DNA of 61,292 nt, filler included, from Basidioascus undulatus (lineage: Eukaryota): the NCBI GenBank assembly GCA_000826855.1. It is 9 parts of 9 records of this genome, joined end to end, with 100 filler letters (N's around TTAATTAATTAA, not from the genome) between each part and the next. Parts side by side here need not be neighbours in the genome. Positions count along the whole stretch, not along the records: positions 13,539 to 38,870 come from JTLS01000216.1; positions 38,971 to 43,369 come from JTLS01002160.1; positions 43,470 to 47,858 come from JTLS01002161.1; 6 more parts are not named here. The stretch is one strand, 5' to 3'. Made by a program: the position numbers and the translations under genes. A model generated the notes under the pieces. It did no database searches. It was given only the letters and a program-made list of their open reading frames with translations, and had not been told where the DNA came from. Every line of letters begins with the position of its first letter. Within the stretch, counting starts at the first letter, position 1. This document shows, piece after piece, positions 35,206 through 47,858 of the stretch.

Positions 35206-38200
35206 CTACTCCTCCTCGCTCCCCTCCCCATCCTCCTCCTCATCCTCGCTCACATCCGCCATCCCAGCCTCCCGCATCCGCGCCTTATCCCGGCGGCGCT
35301 TGGCGCTCAGCTCCTCGAGCAGGACCAGCAAGTCCTCCTGCTCCTTCTGTGCGTCCGCCTCCTTCGCGCGCGCCTCCCCCAGCTGCGCCGAAAGCGCCTT
35401 GGTTTGCGCCGAGAGGGAATGCAACTCGTTCGCGAGCGTCGTGGTCTGCGCCACCAGTCGAGGAATCAGTACACACTTTGGATTTTCTCGTTTGAGAGTG
35501 AAGGGGAGACGCACCTCTTCCTCATGCGCCCGCGCCATCTGTCCAAGCTTGTTCTGCAGGTCCTCGAGCTCCGCCGACTGGTTGCGGACCGTCTCGCGGA
35601 GCGAAGCAATGAGCGCGTTGTTCTCCGCGTTCTCCGCTGCGCCTGCGCCCCGCTCTCCCGTCGCTCAGCTGTCACTCCTTCACTTTCACCTTCCACGCCG
35701 GACGACTCACCCGGCCCACCCGCCTCCTGATCCGGGTCCGACAAGATCGCGCGCTGGATCAAGACTACCCATCCCGCCCCACTCCATCTTTCAGCACTTT
35801 TCCTCCTTTCCCCTTCTTCCCTTTCCCCTCCCCTCTCCCTTTCTCCACACCCCGCTCTGTCCCGTCCCCGACCCCCCGCACCTACCCGCGACCCGACCCA
35901 AACTCACAGTAGTTCCCCTTATAAAACTCCACGAACGCCCAATCCAACCACAAATCCCCGCCCACCACTACACCGCCCTCGGGGGAGGCCGGCACCTCGC
36001 CGTGGAGCTCGAACGTATCAGGCGTGACGGCCTTGAAGCGCGCGTCCTCGCGCAGGCGCGCCATGCGCGAGACGAACTGGTCCGCGCCGATGTTGGTGTG
36101 CAGGATCGGGTGGAGGATGGCCCTGAGCGTTCGGGGAGAGGTCGGGTCAGCATGGGGATCGGGAGGAGCGAGCGAGGTCGAAGGGAAGGAAAAAGCAAGG
36201 GAGGAAGGGACGAAGGGAGGGAGGAAGAGAAGGAGCAACGCGTGCCAAATCATGGAGAAGGAAGGAAGGACGGGAAAGGACGCAACGACGCACCGCGTGA
36301 TCACCCCCGGCTCCCTACAAAAATGGTAGCAAATGCCCAACGCGAACGCCGCGAGCCCACTGACAAGGGGGTCGACGCCGGCGTAGGCTTTGATAGGCTG
36401 GATGAGCTGTTCCCTCCCCCCCCCAAAATACCACTGCATCAGTTCCCCATCTCCTCCTTCCCCTCTCCTCCCCTTCCCATTTCCCCTCCTACAAACAAAG
36501 CCAAGCCGGAAGGAGCGGGCAACGCACCACCGACAAATTACTGCTCTCTCCCAAAACCTCCCTCACCGTGCCGGGGCTCTCCCACATCCACGTACACAGC
36601 ACGACCAGGTATCCTACGCTAATCCTCGCCCAGTCCCTCACCCCCACCCCTTCCTCCTCCTCGCCCCTATCCCCGGCGCGCACCCGCGCCCCGACCTCCG
36701 CCTCCTCCCTCGCAGCGAGCATGAGGTTCCCCACCACCCCCTGCAGGAGCGACACCTCCTCTTCTTCTTCGTCCTCTTGCTCGGGGGGGGAGGAAGAGGC
36801 AGAGGGGGAGGGGGGGAAGAACGGGATGGCGCGCGCGAGGGCCTTAGTCTGCTCGGAAGAGCGGAGGAGGTGCGCGAGGAGGAGGTGTGGGAAGGGGGTG
36901 TTCAGCGCTCGAACAAAGGGGAAAGCAGGGAGGAACTACCGACCCTCATCATCCACACCCGGCCCGACCTCCGGCGGCGCAGTCATAGTCTTGACAATCC
37001 CCATCTTGGCGTCCAAATTCCCTCCCACAAACGCCTCGAACGCCGCCAACGCGGCGGCACGCAGCGCGAGCTCCTTCACGCCCCTGAGTGCCTTGTCCCC
37101 GTCGATCGCGAGGGCGATGAGCGCCAGTACGGCCGGGCGAGGCGGGAGGCGGGCGAACCCCCCCTCGGGGAGGGAGGCGATGGGGCGGAGGATGAGGGAG
37201 GATAGGAGCGCTTGGTTCGGCGCGGAGAGGGCGAGGATGGAGGAAAGGGTGTTGAGCGCCTGGGCTTTGAGAACCGAGGGTGCATTGCTCGCGAGCGCCA
37301 TCTCACAAAGACACTGGGTCAGCCCCGCGGACAGGATCGCGCTCCCCCCCGCGCCAGCGGGCGTCGACGACGGGCCGGCGAGCATGCGCACGATCGCGAG
37401 CACGAGCGCCGCGTTGACGACTTTTTGCTCGTTCCAGTATTGGACGGCAAAGTCGTCTGCCGCGGGAGAGGCGGAGGCGGAGGGAGGGGGGTAGAGGAGC
37501 AGGGGCGGAAGACGGCGGAGGGAACCCATTTCGCGGAAAAAGTTCTGTGCTCCGCTGTGTTGTCAGCCCACTGCGGAAAGGGGACCGGTGACCAGGGAAG
37601 GCAAAGGGACGAGAAGGGAACGAGGGGAAGGGGCCAGGGGAAGGAGGGATGGGGGGAAGAGGAGGAGGGGACGAAGAAGACACACCTGGTTCGAAACGTT
37701 GTACTGTAGGAGTCCCTGCACAGCGGACAGACAGTCTTGAACAACGATCCCGCCCTCGATCCCGCCTTCTTGCTCGACAATGTCGAACAGGCGGTCGAAC
37801 GCGCCCTCGAAGGCGGCGATCTTTTGCAGCTCGGCACTCGCGGAGGCATTGGAGGAGACGAGGTTGAGTAGGAGGAGGAGCGCCTCTGCTCCGTCCGTTC
37901 CCACCGTCTCAGCATCTCCATGCAGGGCCGAAGCGGGGGAAAGAGGAGAGAAGAAGGGAAGAGGGATGTGTGTTGGGAGGAGGGGAAGAAGGCAGAGGGG
38001 AGGAGGGCAGGACGCACCGTTCCGCACCATATCCCTCTCGCCAAGCATCTCCATCAGCACTGCGACGCCGTTCGGCGCGGAGAGCACGAGCGCCTGGACC
38101 TGTGCGGGCCGGGAGGAGAGGAGCAGGCCGAGCAGCTGGAGCGTGTAGAAGCGGACGTAGAAGGCGGGCTGGGCGAGGAGGTGCAGGAGCGTGTGGACGG

Positions 38201-38785
38201 GGGGGGTCTCGCGGGGAGGCTGGGGCTACGTTTCAAAACCGCATCAGCTTTCTTCCTTTGCGCAGGAGTAGGGAAGGGGAGGGAAGAGACCCACGTCGAG
38301 AATAAGCGCGCTGGCCTTCAAGCCCGGGTCGTTCGGCAGCGGCTTGCCGCCCTCCTCAGGGATGGACTCGCACTCGCACAAGACAGAAAGGGTCTCGAGG
38401 AGGGGCTTGGCGATGCTCTCGTCCTGGGGGGCGTCGCGGGAGAGGGCGGAGAGGAGGGAGGGGAGCGCGCGGGAGGTCACTTCCTGTTGGTCACCCCATC
38501 GCAACCAGAGCCATCCCAGTCAGTCAGTGGGAGGAAGGGGAAAGGGAGGGAAGAGGGAGAGGGGAGGGATGGTAGGTAGAGGAAAGTGTGCACCTCCCGC
38601 CAGTCCCTCGCCATCCCCTTCAGCCCCAGCACAGCTGCCCTGCGGTCGTCCAGCAGCATGCCATGGTCCAAGCGGTCGCAGAGCTTATCGATCGTGTCGT
38701 GCGCGGTCTGCGGCGCGGAGGACAGGTTCGACGCGAGAAGCGAGTCGTTCACCCGGTTCAGGAGCGAGGAGAAGTTGAGGTTCAT
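35206..38785 (-). CDS. USO1: Vesicle tethering factor Uso1/p115
   Basis: QTAHDTIDKLCDRL..DDRRAAVLGLKG, FYVRFYTLQLL, LQKIAAFEGAFDRLF, GGIVVQDCL..LLQYNVSNQ, C-terminal KEQEDLLVLLEELSAKRRRDK and acidic tail. Confidence 0.95.
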
Positions 38786-38970
38786 CGCCGGACGATGATG
38801 ATGGGTGAGGTGAGGGTGGATGGGGGTGGGGAGGGGGGTGACACGTGAAGTCGGCGGGGGAGGAGGCAATNNNNNNNNNNNNNNNNNNNNNNNNNNNNNN
38901 NNNNNNNNNNNNNNTTAATTAATTAANNNNNNNNNNNNNNNNNNNNNNNNNNNNNNNNNNNNNNNNNNNN

Positions 38971-40473
38971 CGCCCGTCTGGACATTGTGCCAGTACGTCT
39001 TGCCGTCCGCTGAGCGGTGCTCGGTCTAACGAGGGGGGAGGGAGACGGACCTCGGAGAAGACCTTGCGGGAGGCGGCCTGCGGGGGAGGTGCGCGGGCAT
39101 TAGGAGATAGAAGGGAGGAGGGGAATGGGAAGGGACGTACGAGCTTGAGAAGGTAGGTGGTGTTGGTCTTCTTGTACACGGTCGTCTGCGCCTCGCCGGT
39201 CTTAGGCTGTACCCACCCCAGGGCACAAACCAACCCATCAGCGTCTTCCGTCAAGCGAAAGAATCCCTGGAATGGCCTGGAGGAAACGACGCACGTGGTT
39301 CTCCTTGTTAGTAGAGACAAGGACGTCGACGCCGAACACGTCGCCCTCCTCGAAGTTCGCGACGTCGACGTCGCCGCGCCCGCCGCCGGCGGGGTTGATG
39401 ATGATGCGCTTCTTGCCGTCGATGACGTTCTGCGACTGCGCGCACGAGAGCTGGCCCTCGACGGGCGCGGCTTCGAACGGCTTCACAGCGTCCGCGATGA
39501 TCTCCGTCACCGCGAAGTTCTTCTCGCCGATCTACGTGGGGGCAGGTGGGGTAAGATTAGAGTTGAAGGGGGAGAGAGGGATGTAGGGAGAGGGGGGAGA
39601 GGGAGAGAGAGTGGGAGGAAGGAAGGGAGGGTACCTTGATAGTGCGCAGGGCAGCCTCGGCAGCGGTGTACGCGGCCTTGATCACGTCCGCCTTGGGGCC
39701 GGTGACGGGGTCCTCCTTGGACGCGCCGACGACGATGGTCTCGGCCGCGATGGAGGCATAGCCGTCGACTGAAAGTTGGGTTGAGGGTTGAGCGGCGAGA
39801 GAAATAATGGAAGGAGTGGGTTGGGCAGCACGGACTCTGGGCACCGAGCTGGAACTTAACGACGTCGCCCTTGGCGAGGGTAACGGACGCGGAGGCGGTG
39901 TCGGTGCTGTGATGTGGGGGTGGAAGAGCGTGAGAGGGAGAGTAGGGAAAGGGAAGGGGGGTAGAGCGACGGACGGGAGGGGAGAGAAGTGGGAGATGAC
40001 GTTGTTGACGGAGACGCAGGTGGGGAACGCGAGGCCTGCAGGACGAGGACGAATGTGAGCCAACTAACTCCTCCCCGGTGATGTACATGAACACACCCTT
40101 AGGAGGAATGGGCTTCTTGTTGTTGTACACCTACGCGACCCCATCCCAGTCAGCCTCCTCTTACTCCGCACCTTTCCGTTCCGACGGCCAAGCACCTTCG
40201 AAGTCTCCGCCTCGATGAGCTTGTCGCCCTCGACGCAGAGGTCGATGACCTTGGCGCCCTCAACGGCAAGCGCAATAAGCTTGTCCGTCGTGCGCTTGGT
40301 GATGTCCGCGGCGGTCTTGTACTTGGTCAAGCTGCAAGCAAGCAGTGATACTGCGCGTCAGGTGGGGTGTGGGTGTGCGGAAGGTGTGCGGGCGGGACGG
40401 ACACGACATCGGTGAGGATGGGCTCCTCGACGGGCGCGGCGGGCTTAGTGTCGGCGGCGGCGTCGGCGGACAT
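38971..40473 (-). CDS. Ebp1/PA2G4 curved-DNA-binding protein (M24 fold); 3' truncated
   Basis: LTKYKTAADI...DLCVEGDKLIE...KG|LAFPTCVSVNNVISHFSPL...GDVVKFQLGA|VDGY. Confidence 0.92.
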
Positions 40474-41133
40474 GGTGGTAAGTACAGAATTGTGTGGGTG
40501 TGAAGAGATGGGAGTGTGAGGGTGTGGGTGCGTAGAGGAGAGCAGAGGTGTGCCGAGAGCGTCTTCGCGCGGGCAAAATCCGACCGATTGACCTCATTTC
40601 GCATTTCCCAACGACGCGCCTTGCTATGAAATGAGCCATCGGCGGTAATGCCCTGCATCGTCTTTCACCTTTGACAGGCACCACTTCGTTCATCAACAGC
40701 GCTCAGTATTTGGAATGCTGAGAATCAATATGCACTCTCAAGCTAAGGCATGGCTGCAATCCTTACCGAGCGAGTGCGGGTCCGTTTCGTCTGGGCAGTC
40801 AGACGGACGGTCGTGCTCTTCGACCCTCGCAAATGGCTGGTGGACCAAATTGCTCTATCCAATTGAGAGAGACTGCATAGAACGCTTGTTCCATTCTGAA
40901 TCAAGCCGGTACATTAAATGAGACGCCATAAGTTGCAACATGAAGGGAGCCGCCAGGAACTCCTGCTCGATGCTTTCGCAGCTTACCTAATGGGTTAGGG
41001 TTTCGCGACACGGTTCGCTCGACCGCACACCGCGCCTTCTCTCGACGTCGTTCCGAGCCTTTCGTCGGCATCCCAAACTCCTTCCCTTCCCCGCTTCCCC
41101 CTTCTCTCCCCAGCCAACAGCATCAGCATCAGC

Positions 41134-43369
41134 ATGGCCGCCGCCGCCGCACCGCCGCCGCCGGCCCCAGCCGGCGCGGGCTCCAACTCCAACTCGTCCT
41201 TCAAGGACAAGGTGCGTCTTCCGTCTTCGCGCGTGCGAGCGGAGAAGACCCGGGCTGACTTTGGGGGGCTTTCTCGCGGGCAGGGCAAGCCGATGGAAGG
41301 TGCGCTGAAGAATGTGTGGGATGTGCTCTGGTAGAGGAGATGCTGATTATGGGGTGTGCGGGCGAGCAGTTCGGTTGTCTAACATGACTGCTGCGAAAGG
41401 TGCGTGTTCGTTGAATAGGATGCCCGTCTTCTCGAGCGCGCTGATGAGCTTTTTGGGGATGGCCAGCTGTCAGCGATGCTGTGCGGACTTCTTTGGGGCC
41501 GAAGGGGATGGACAAGATGGTGAGCTATCTCTCGTCCGGCGACCCGAGGCAGGAAGACGATGGGCTTGGGTCGCGTAACATAGGCCCAGACCCACTCGCT
41601 CTCTTCTCTAAATCGCACACCCCCTGCCCTCATGAACGACGCTGATTTGTCTTTTGTGTTTCCTGTTTGGACGAACAGATTCAGACGGGCTCGGGCGAGG
41701 TCATCATCACGAACGACGGCGCGACGATCCTGAAGCACATGGCTGTGCTGCACCCTGCTGCGCGGATGGTGTGTCCCACCTCTCCAGCATCTCGCATCTC
41801 GCGGGCGGAAGCTGTGGGTTGACTTAGGGTTCCGGGGCGGGGCGCACAGCTGGTCGAGCTGTCAGCAGCGCAGGATGTCGAGGCGGGTGACGGGACGACG
41901 TCCGTCGTCGTCCTCGCCGGCTCTCTGCTCGGCGCAGCTGAGAAGATGCTGCAGAAGGGTGAGTTGCTTTCCCTCTCTATGAGGCATTCCGGGCTAGGAC
42001 GGGGACTGACGGAGAGGAGAGTGATAAGGCATGCACCCGACGATCATCGCCGAGTCGTTCCAGGCGGCCGCCGCCAAGGCGGTCGAGTACCTCCAGCAGA
42101 TCGCGATCCCCGTCGAGCTCAACGACCGCGACAGCCTCCTCCGCGCCGCCTCCACCTCCCTCAACTCCAAGGTGCGTCTTACCTCTCACTCTCCCCTGTC
42201 CAGGGAAGAGCGCGCGTCAGGGGAGATGATGCAGAACAACTTCTTTATCATCTGTTACCTTTCTCCAACCGAGAGCTGTAGCTCGTGCGGATTAAGAAAT
42301 CCATGTCCGCTGACCCCCTCGCGCACTCTCCCTCGGCATCCCAAAGTTCGAAACACAGGAAGAGGAAGAGAAGCTGACATACAATGTCTGCGGCGCAGAT
42401 CGTCTCCCAATACTCCTCCGTCCTCGCCCCCATCGCCGTCGACGCCGTCAAGCGGCTCGTGACGCCCGAGTCGACGAACGTCGACCTGCGTGACATCCGC
42501 ATCGTCAAGAAGGTTGGCGGCACGATCGACGACACCGAGCTAGTCGAGGGCCTCGCGCTCGAGCAGCACGTCGTCAACGCCGCCGGCGGGCCCACGCGCA
42601 TGGAGAAGGCGAAGATCGGCCTCGTCCAGTTCCAGCTGAGCTCGCCGAAGCCGGATGTGAGTCTTCCAGGTTTGTTTTGGTCGGGCGTGCGAAGCGGGGA
42701 AGGAGAGGGGGAAGAAGGAGAGGAAGGGAGAAGAAGGGGAGGGGAGGGGAGGGAAAGGAAGATGGACGGATGCTGGAGCGGACGCGGGGGAGGAAAACGA
42801 GAGGACGGGCAGAGGAGGAGGTGCTAACGGTGCGCGCGGGTGATCAGATGGACAACCAGATCGTGGTGAACGACTACCGGCAGATGGACAAGATCCTCAA
42901 GGAGGAGAGGCAGTACCTGCTCAACATGTGCAAAAAGATCAAGAAGTCCGGGTGCAACGTGTTGCTGATCCAGAAGTCGATCCTGCGCGACGCGGTGAAC
43001 GACCTCTCTTTGCACTTCCTCGCCAAGCTCAAGATCCTCGTCATCAAGGACATCGAGCGCGACGAGATCGAGTTCATCTCCAAGGCGACGGGCTGCAAGC
43101 CCATCGCGGACATCGAGGCCTTCACCGAGGACAAGCTCGGCCAGGCCGACCTCGTCGACGAGGTCCAGGCGCATGGCGCGAAGGTCGTCAAGATCACGGG
43201 CGTCAAGAACCCGGGAAAGACGGTCTCCATCGTCTGCACCGGCGCGAACCAGCTCGTCCTCGAGGAGAGCGAGCGCTCGCTCCACGACGCGCTCTGTGTC
43301 GTCCGGTGTCTGGTCAAGAAGCGGTGCGCCCCCATCACCCCCCCCTTTCCTTCCCCTTCCCCCCTCCAC
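41134..43369 (+). CDS. CCT4: T-complex protein 1 subunit delta; 3' truncated
   Basis: [84 protein letters not shown]. Confidence 0.97.
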
Positions 43370-43469
43370 NNNNNNNNNNNNNNNNNNNNNNNNNNNNNNN
43401 NNNNNNNNNNNNNTTAATTAATTAANNNNNNNNNNNNNNNNNNNNNNNNNNNNNNNNNNNNNNNNNNNN

Positions 43470-45506
43470 CGCTCACCCCCTTCCCCCTCCCCTTGCCTTC
43501 CCCCTCCCCGGCACCCGCATCCTCGCCCGCAAGCAAAGGGCACACGCCCATCTCCTCCCAGCCCCTCCACACCTCTCCCACCTTCTCCTCCGCTTGACCT
43601 CCGGAGAGGACGAGCAGGTACAGGGCGTCGAAGCCGCCCGCTGCGTGGGTGCAGAGGGCGTTAGCGTTGGTTCTGCTCCAGGAGTAGAGAAGAGAGGAAG
43701 GGAGGGTGGAGGGGGAAAGGCGGGAAGGAGAGGGGAGAAGTGGAGAAAAGCAGAAGAACGTACCGCCCGGTACTCCACCACCCAGCACCCCCGGCACGGC
43801 CGCGCACGCGTCGAGGAGGCGCGTCTGCTGCGGCGGCTCGATGGGCACGGAGGTGAGCGTCGAGAAGGTGCGGAGGTGGGCGCGGATGGTCTGCTCGCCG
43901 AAGCGCGGGGTTTGCGAAAATTAGTCCAAGAACAAGAGGGGGAAGAGGAACGGACGGGAAAGGGAAGGGGGACGGACCGACAGCGTATCCCGCGCTTGGA
44001 CAAAGAGCCTGGTTGCCTCTGAGTCGGCAGTCCACTGCTTTCACCCATTCTGTCAGCGGCCCGCGCAGCAAAGAAAGACGAACTGAAAAGATGGAAGAAA
44101 TGTGTACCTGATCGGCTGGGATCCCAGCGAGCGCCTTGACAGCCGCGTCGTACCCCTCTGGATCGGCAGCCGACGCGTCGGCCAAAAGACGGCACGTCTG
44201 GGCGAAGCAATCGTTCGCGGAAGAGAGGAGAGAGTAGATCTCGGATGCTGTGCGGGAGGGTTAGTTGTTTTCTGGCGGACAGACGGACCGACACAAGGGA
44301 GGTAGGGGAAGGGAGGGGGATGGAGATGGGGATGGGGATAGAGAAAGCAAAGGGGAGGGGAAGGAGCAGCACCCACCCTTCTCCGGCTCTGCCTTTCGCC
44401 ACGCAAGGACCTTCCCGACGAGCGAGGGTGTGTCCGACCCGGCATCGACGTCGGCGAGGAGGAGCTTGACGCCCCGCGGGAGGGCGATAGGCGAGGCGGA
44501 CTGGTCCCAGGCGGGGTTGGAGGGGGAGAGGGTGGAGTGGAGCGTTTTGGGAGTGGGGTCGACCTGAACGTAGGCGGGAAGGTAGCCCATCTCAGCTTCA
44601 AATATAAAAGTGCGGGGAGGAAGTGAGGGAGGATGAGGAGGTAGGAGAACGCACCTCAGAGTCCAGCAGCCCCTGAATGACCCCCGGCCCAAACCGCCGA
44701 TAAACATGGCTCCCCCACACCGCCGAGCTCACATCGAATCCGCTCCCGACCTTGCCCTGCGCGCGGCAATGCACATACTGCGCAGCATTATGCGCCCACT
44801 GAACGCCCTCGCGCGTACGCAGGTCCACAGCGCGCGTGTGCGCGAGCAGGGCGGACACGAGCGAAGTGATGAGCGCCGCAGAGGAGCCGAGACCGGTCTT
44901 GTGCACTTTGGCGAGGGTGGTGGGGAGGGGCGTGAAGGGGGGCAGCTGGGTGAGGGACTGGCGCGTGGGGGGGAGGGAGCGGGCGAGTAACTTGCGGAGG
45001 AGGGGAGATTAGACCGGGGACGGAGAGGAGAGGAGGGAGAGGAGAGGGAGGGGGACACACTTGGGACCGCTGGGAGTAGAAGTCGTTGTCGCCTAGGATG
45101 GAGATGTCCAGTCCGGAGGAGAGGACGGCGTGCAGCTCCTCAGCGGGGACGAGCGCGCTCGCGAGCCTGAGCGTCTGCGACAGGGCGAGGGCTACAAACT
45201 TGTTCCCTGGTCCCTCACTACCCCACCCCCATCAGCTCGCCTCTCCGCCTCCCCCTCGCAAACGCAAACGCACTTAGTCTGCCGGACCCCCCAATCATCC
45301 CCGACCACGTACACCCACTCTGCCTCGAGGAACTGCGCGCTGCGCACACGGATCTCGCGCGGGGAACCAGAGGAGAGAGGAGAGATGGATGTATAGAAGC
45401 GCGAGTCGGTCGCGATCACGAGGCCTTTGTAGGACGGGTCGAGGACAAGGTAGCCTCCGGCGAGGAGCACCTTGCCGGGGGCGGAGACGGTCGTGGTGCG
45501 GGACAT
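43470..45506 (-). CDS. ERG8: Phosphomevalonate kinase; 3' truncated
   Basis: VSAPGKVLLAGGYLVLDP, KTGLGSSAAL, HCRAQGKVGSGFDV, GSDTPSLV, VPIEPPQQTRLLD, GGVPG|AGGFDA. Confidence 0.96.
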
Positions 45507-45900
45507 GAGGGGGGGTATCGGATTAGGGTTGGGGTATAGGGAGTGGACGTGTGGAAGGGGTGGTGGTGAGAGATTATAGGGTAAAAGGGCAGGTGTAAGG
45601 GATGGTACGATGTGGGCGAGCGAGCGGGGAAGGCGCTGGGCCGTGACGGTCTGTATGAGCACAACGCCAAACAACAACTTAAAAGAGCACATGGCTATAA
45701 GACTCTTCATGCTTTAATTAGTACACCTCCAGCAATCTGTCAGAGAGAAAACCTTGAGCGTGACAGTCAACGGCGGTCGTAACTGAGTCTCAGCACGCAG
45801 CGGCCACCTTGAGCACCCAGCTTTCGGCATCATCGCACTACTCGAGCCTGGAAGGAGACCCACCAACAGGGAACGATGAAACCTTTTCATCGTTCATGTA

Positions 45901-45964
45901 CAATTTTTTCAATTGCCGAATGATCGCACATGCAATTTTTTCAATTGCCGAATGATCGCACATG
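45901..45964. repeat. Exact 32-bp tandem duplication
   Basis: CAATTTTTTCAATTGCCGAATGATCGCACATG twice. Confidence 0.95.
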
Positions 45965-46890
45965 GTCAGCATCCCGCAAGAAGCCCGAGCTGCACCGTCA
46001 GCAGCAAGCTGTCGGTCCTTCAGATCCGTCCGGACTGCCGGGCCATCTAAAGCACGTAATACTACAAATCTGCCCATGGAGCAGAAGACTGAAACGCACT
46101 CGAAAGTTTGCCATGTCAGGCGACATCCGGAAGAGCCTCGCCGTAGAAGACTGTCCACGAGGAGACTGCCAGCGCAGACAGCCTGCAGCATTGGATTGCT
46201 AGAGATTTCTTCCGTTCTTCATCATATCTTCAACACCTCCCAGATGTAGGCATCCACTATCCACTGCTTGCAAGTTACAGCTGGGCATCAGCTGCTCATC
46301 AGGCACTGCAGGCACCCGCACGCCGTCCCCTGCCCCTCCGCCGTACCTCGCACCGTGCCTGAAACGGCGCAGTCGCAGTCCGGTCGTCGTCCACCATGAA
46401 GCATCCCAACTTTCAACGCCTCACGGGGATCCTCATCCTCGACCATGTCCGGAGCAGCTGATGGCGCACAGCCATCACTCATTGCACTTGCCACTGGGCG
46501 GGCGGATTTGTGGCGATGATGACAGCGTGAAGCTCCATCATCGGTTCCGAGTCGTCGCCGAATCAGCATCGTAAGAGAAGCTCTTCGAGTCACAGACAAA
46601 TCTACCTCTTCAACATGGAACTCCAATCCATTCTTTGTCTGCTGTGTGGCATAAATCGTCGATTCACGGACATCCCACAGGGCGTTCCGGGCTTCCGATC
46701 CTGCCCGGACGCAAGTGTGTTTTTTAGTAGTGAACTGTATAAGAGAATGTAAGACTAATCATCAATTGTAAGCAAGCAATACTATGGTTTTCGACTGAAG
46801 TCTTTTAATTTGAGCCTAAGGCAAGCCCCACGTGAACGAATGACGGGCTCGGCCCCCACGCCGAGCACACGCCCACCATGAGGCCGAGCG

Positions 46891-47858
46891 GTGCGCTCGT
46901 CCGCGAGGCAGGCTCCGAGCTCCCCATCGCCAGTTGCGTCCTCACCATCATCACCACCATCACCACCTTCCCCCTCCCCATCCGCACCGCCGCCGCCCCC
47001 GACGCCGTGCGCGATGGGCACCAAGACGATCCACGCACTAACGTACCAGCACCCGCCAGTGTTCGTGGAGTCTGGCTCACCCTCCCCATCTCCGCCTGTC
47101 TCGCGGACGCCCAGCCCAGGGGGTGCAGCGCTCTTCCGGCGGCGGTCCGATCGCCTGAGCCTGCCCGACCCGCACATCACCCACGCGGAGCTGGACCGCT
47201 CGTTCGCCTCGGCGTTCAGTAAGCCGTATGTACATCCAGGGGGCGGGGGTTCCGGCTCAGGGCTGTACCACCCCCCTCATACCTACGCGCACACGCACGG
47301 GTCCTCCCCCCTCGCGCGAGGGCCGTCGGGAAGGAGACAGCCCCCGCAGCAGAGGTGGGCAAGCGAGGCGGTCGAGGACGGGGAGTTCCAGCTCGCGACG
47401 CGGGAGATGCGCCGCCGGAGCCTGAGCGCGGAGCAGCAGGCTGGGGACATCCGGCGGCGGAGCATGGAGCGCCGTGCGGCGGGGCTCGCGTGGGAGTCGT
47501 GCTCGAGCGAGAGCGAGCATGAGGAGGACGAGGACGAGCAGGAGGCGCTGACGGGCTCCTCACACGGGTACTACCACCCCCCCTCAATGTCATCCTCCCG
47601 CCCCGCGAGCCGATCACACACCGCGATCCCCTCGCACCTCTACCTGTCCTCGTCCTCGCTCGCGCGCACCTCCTCAACAGGCTCCAATTGGCGCCCGCGC
47701 TCGTACCACCTCTCCCCCGCGCACACGCCGCTAGACGAGGCGGAGGAGGAGTACGCGTACAAGGCGGTGCACGAGCCCGTGCTCTCCTCGTCTCTCACCG
47801 ACTCGTTCGGGTCCCTCCCTTCCCCCGCCCTACACACCCCGCCGTCCCCCCCCCCCCC
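46891..47858 (+). CDS. Hypothetical Ser/Pro-rich protein (start possibly ATG 47014); 3' truncated
   Basis: Long uninterrupted high-GC3 ORF, low complexity, no recognisable domain. Confidence 0.55.

Noticed and set aside
35300..37494. Long plus-strand ORFs (440, 271 and 308 aa), and similar ones such as 49969-51087
   Set aside because: Antisense shadows of high-GC genes (USO1, AIF-like) running through low-complexity introns.
27111..45506. Sterol or secondary-metabolite cluster (DUF2156, SCCPDH, SnoaL, ERG8)
   Set aside because: ERG8 is on a different contig, there is no backbone synthase, and housekeeping genes are interspersed.
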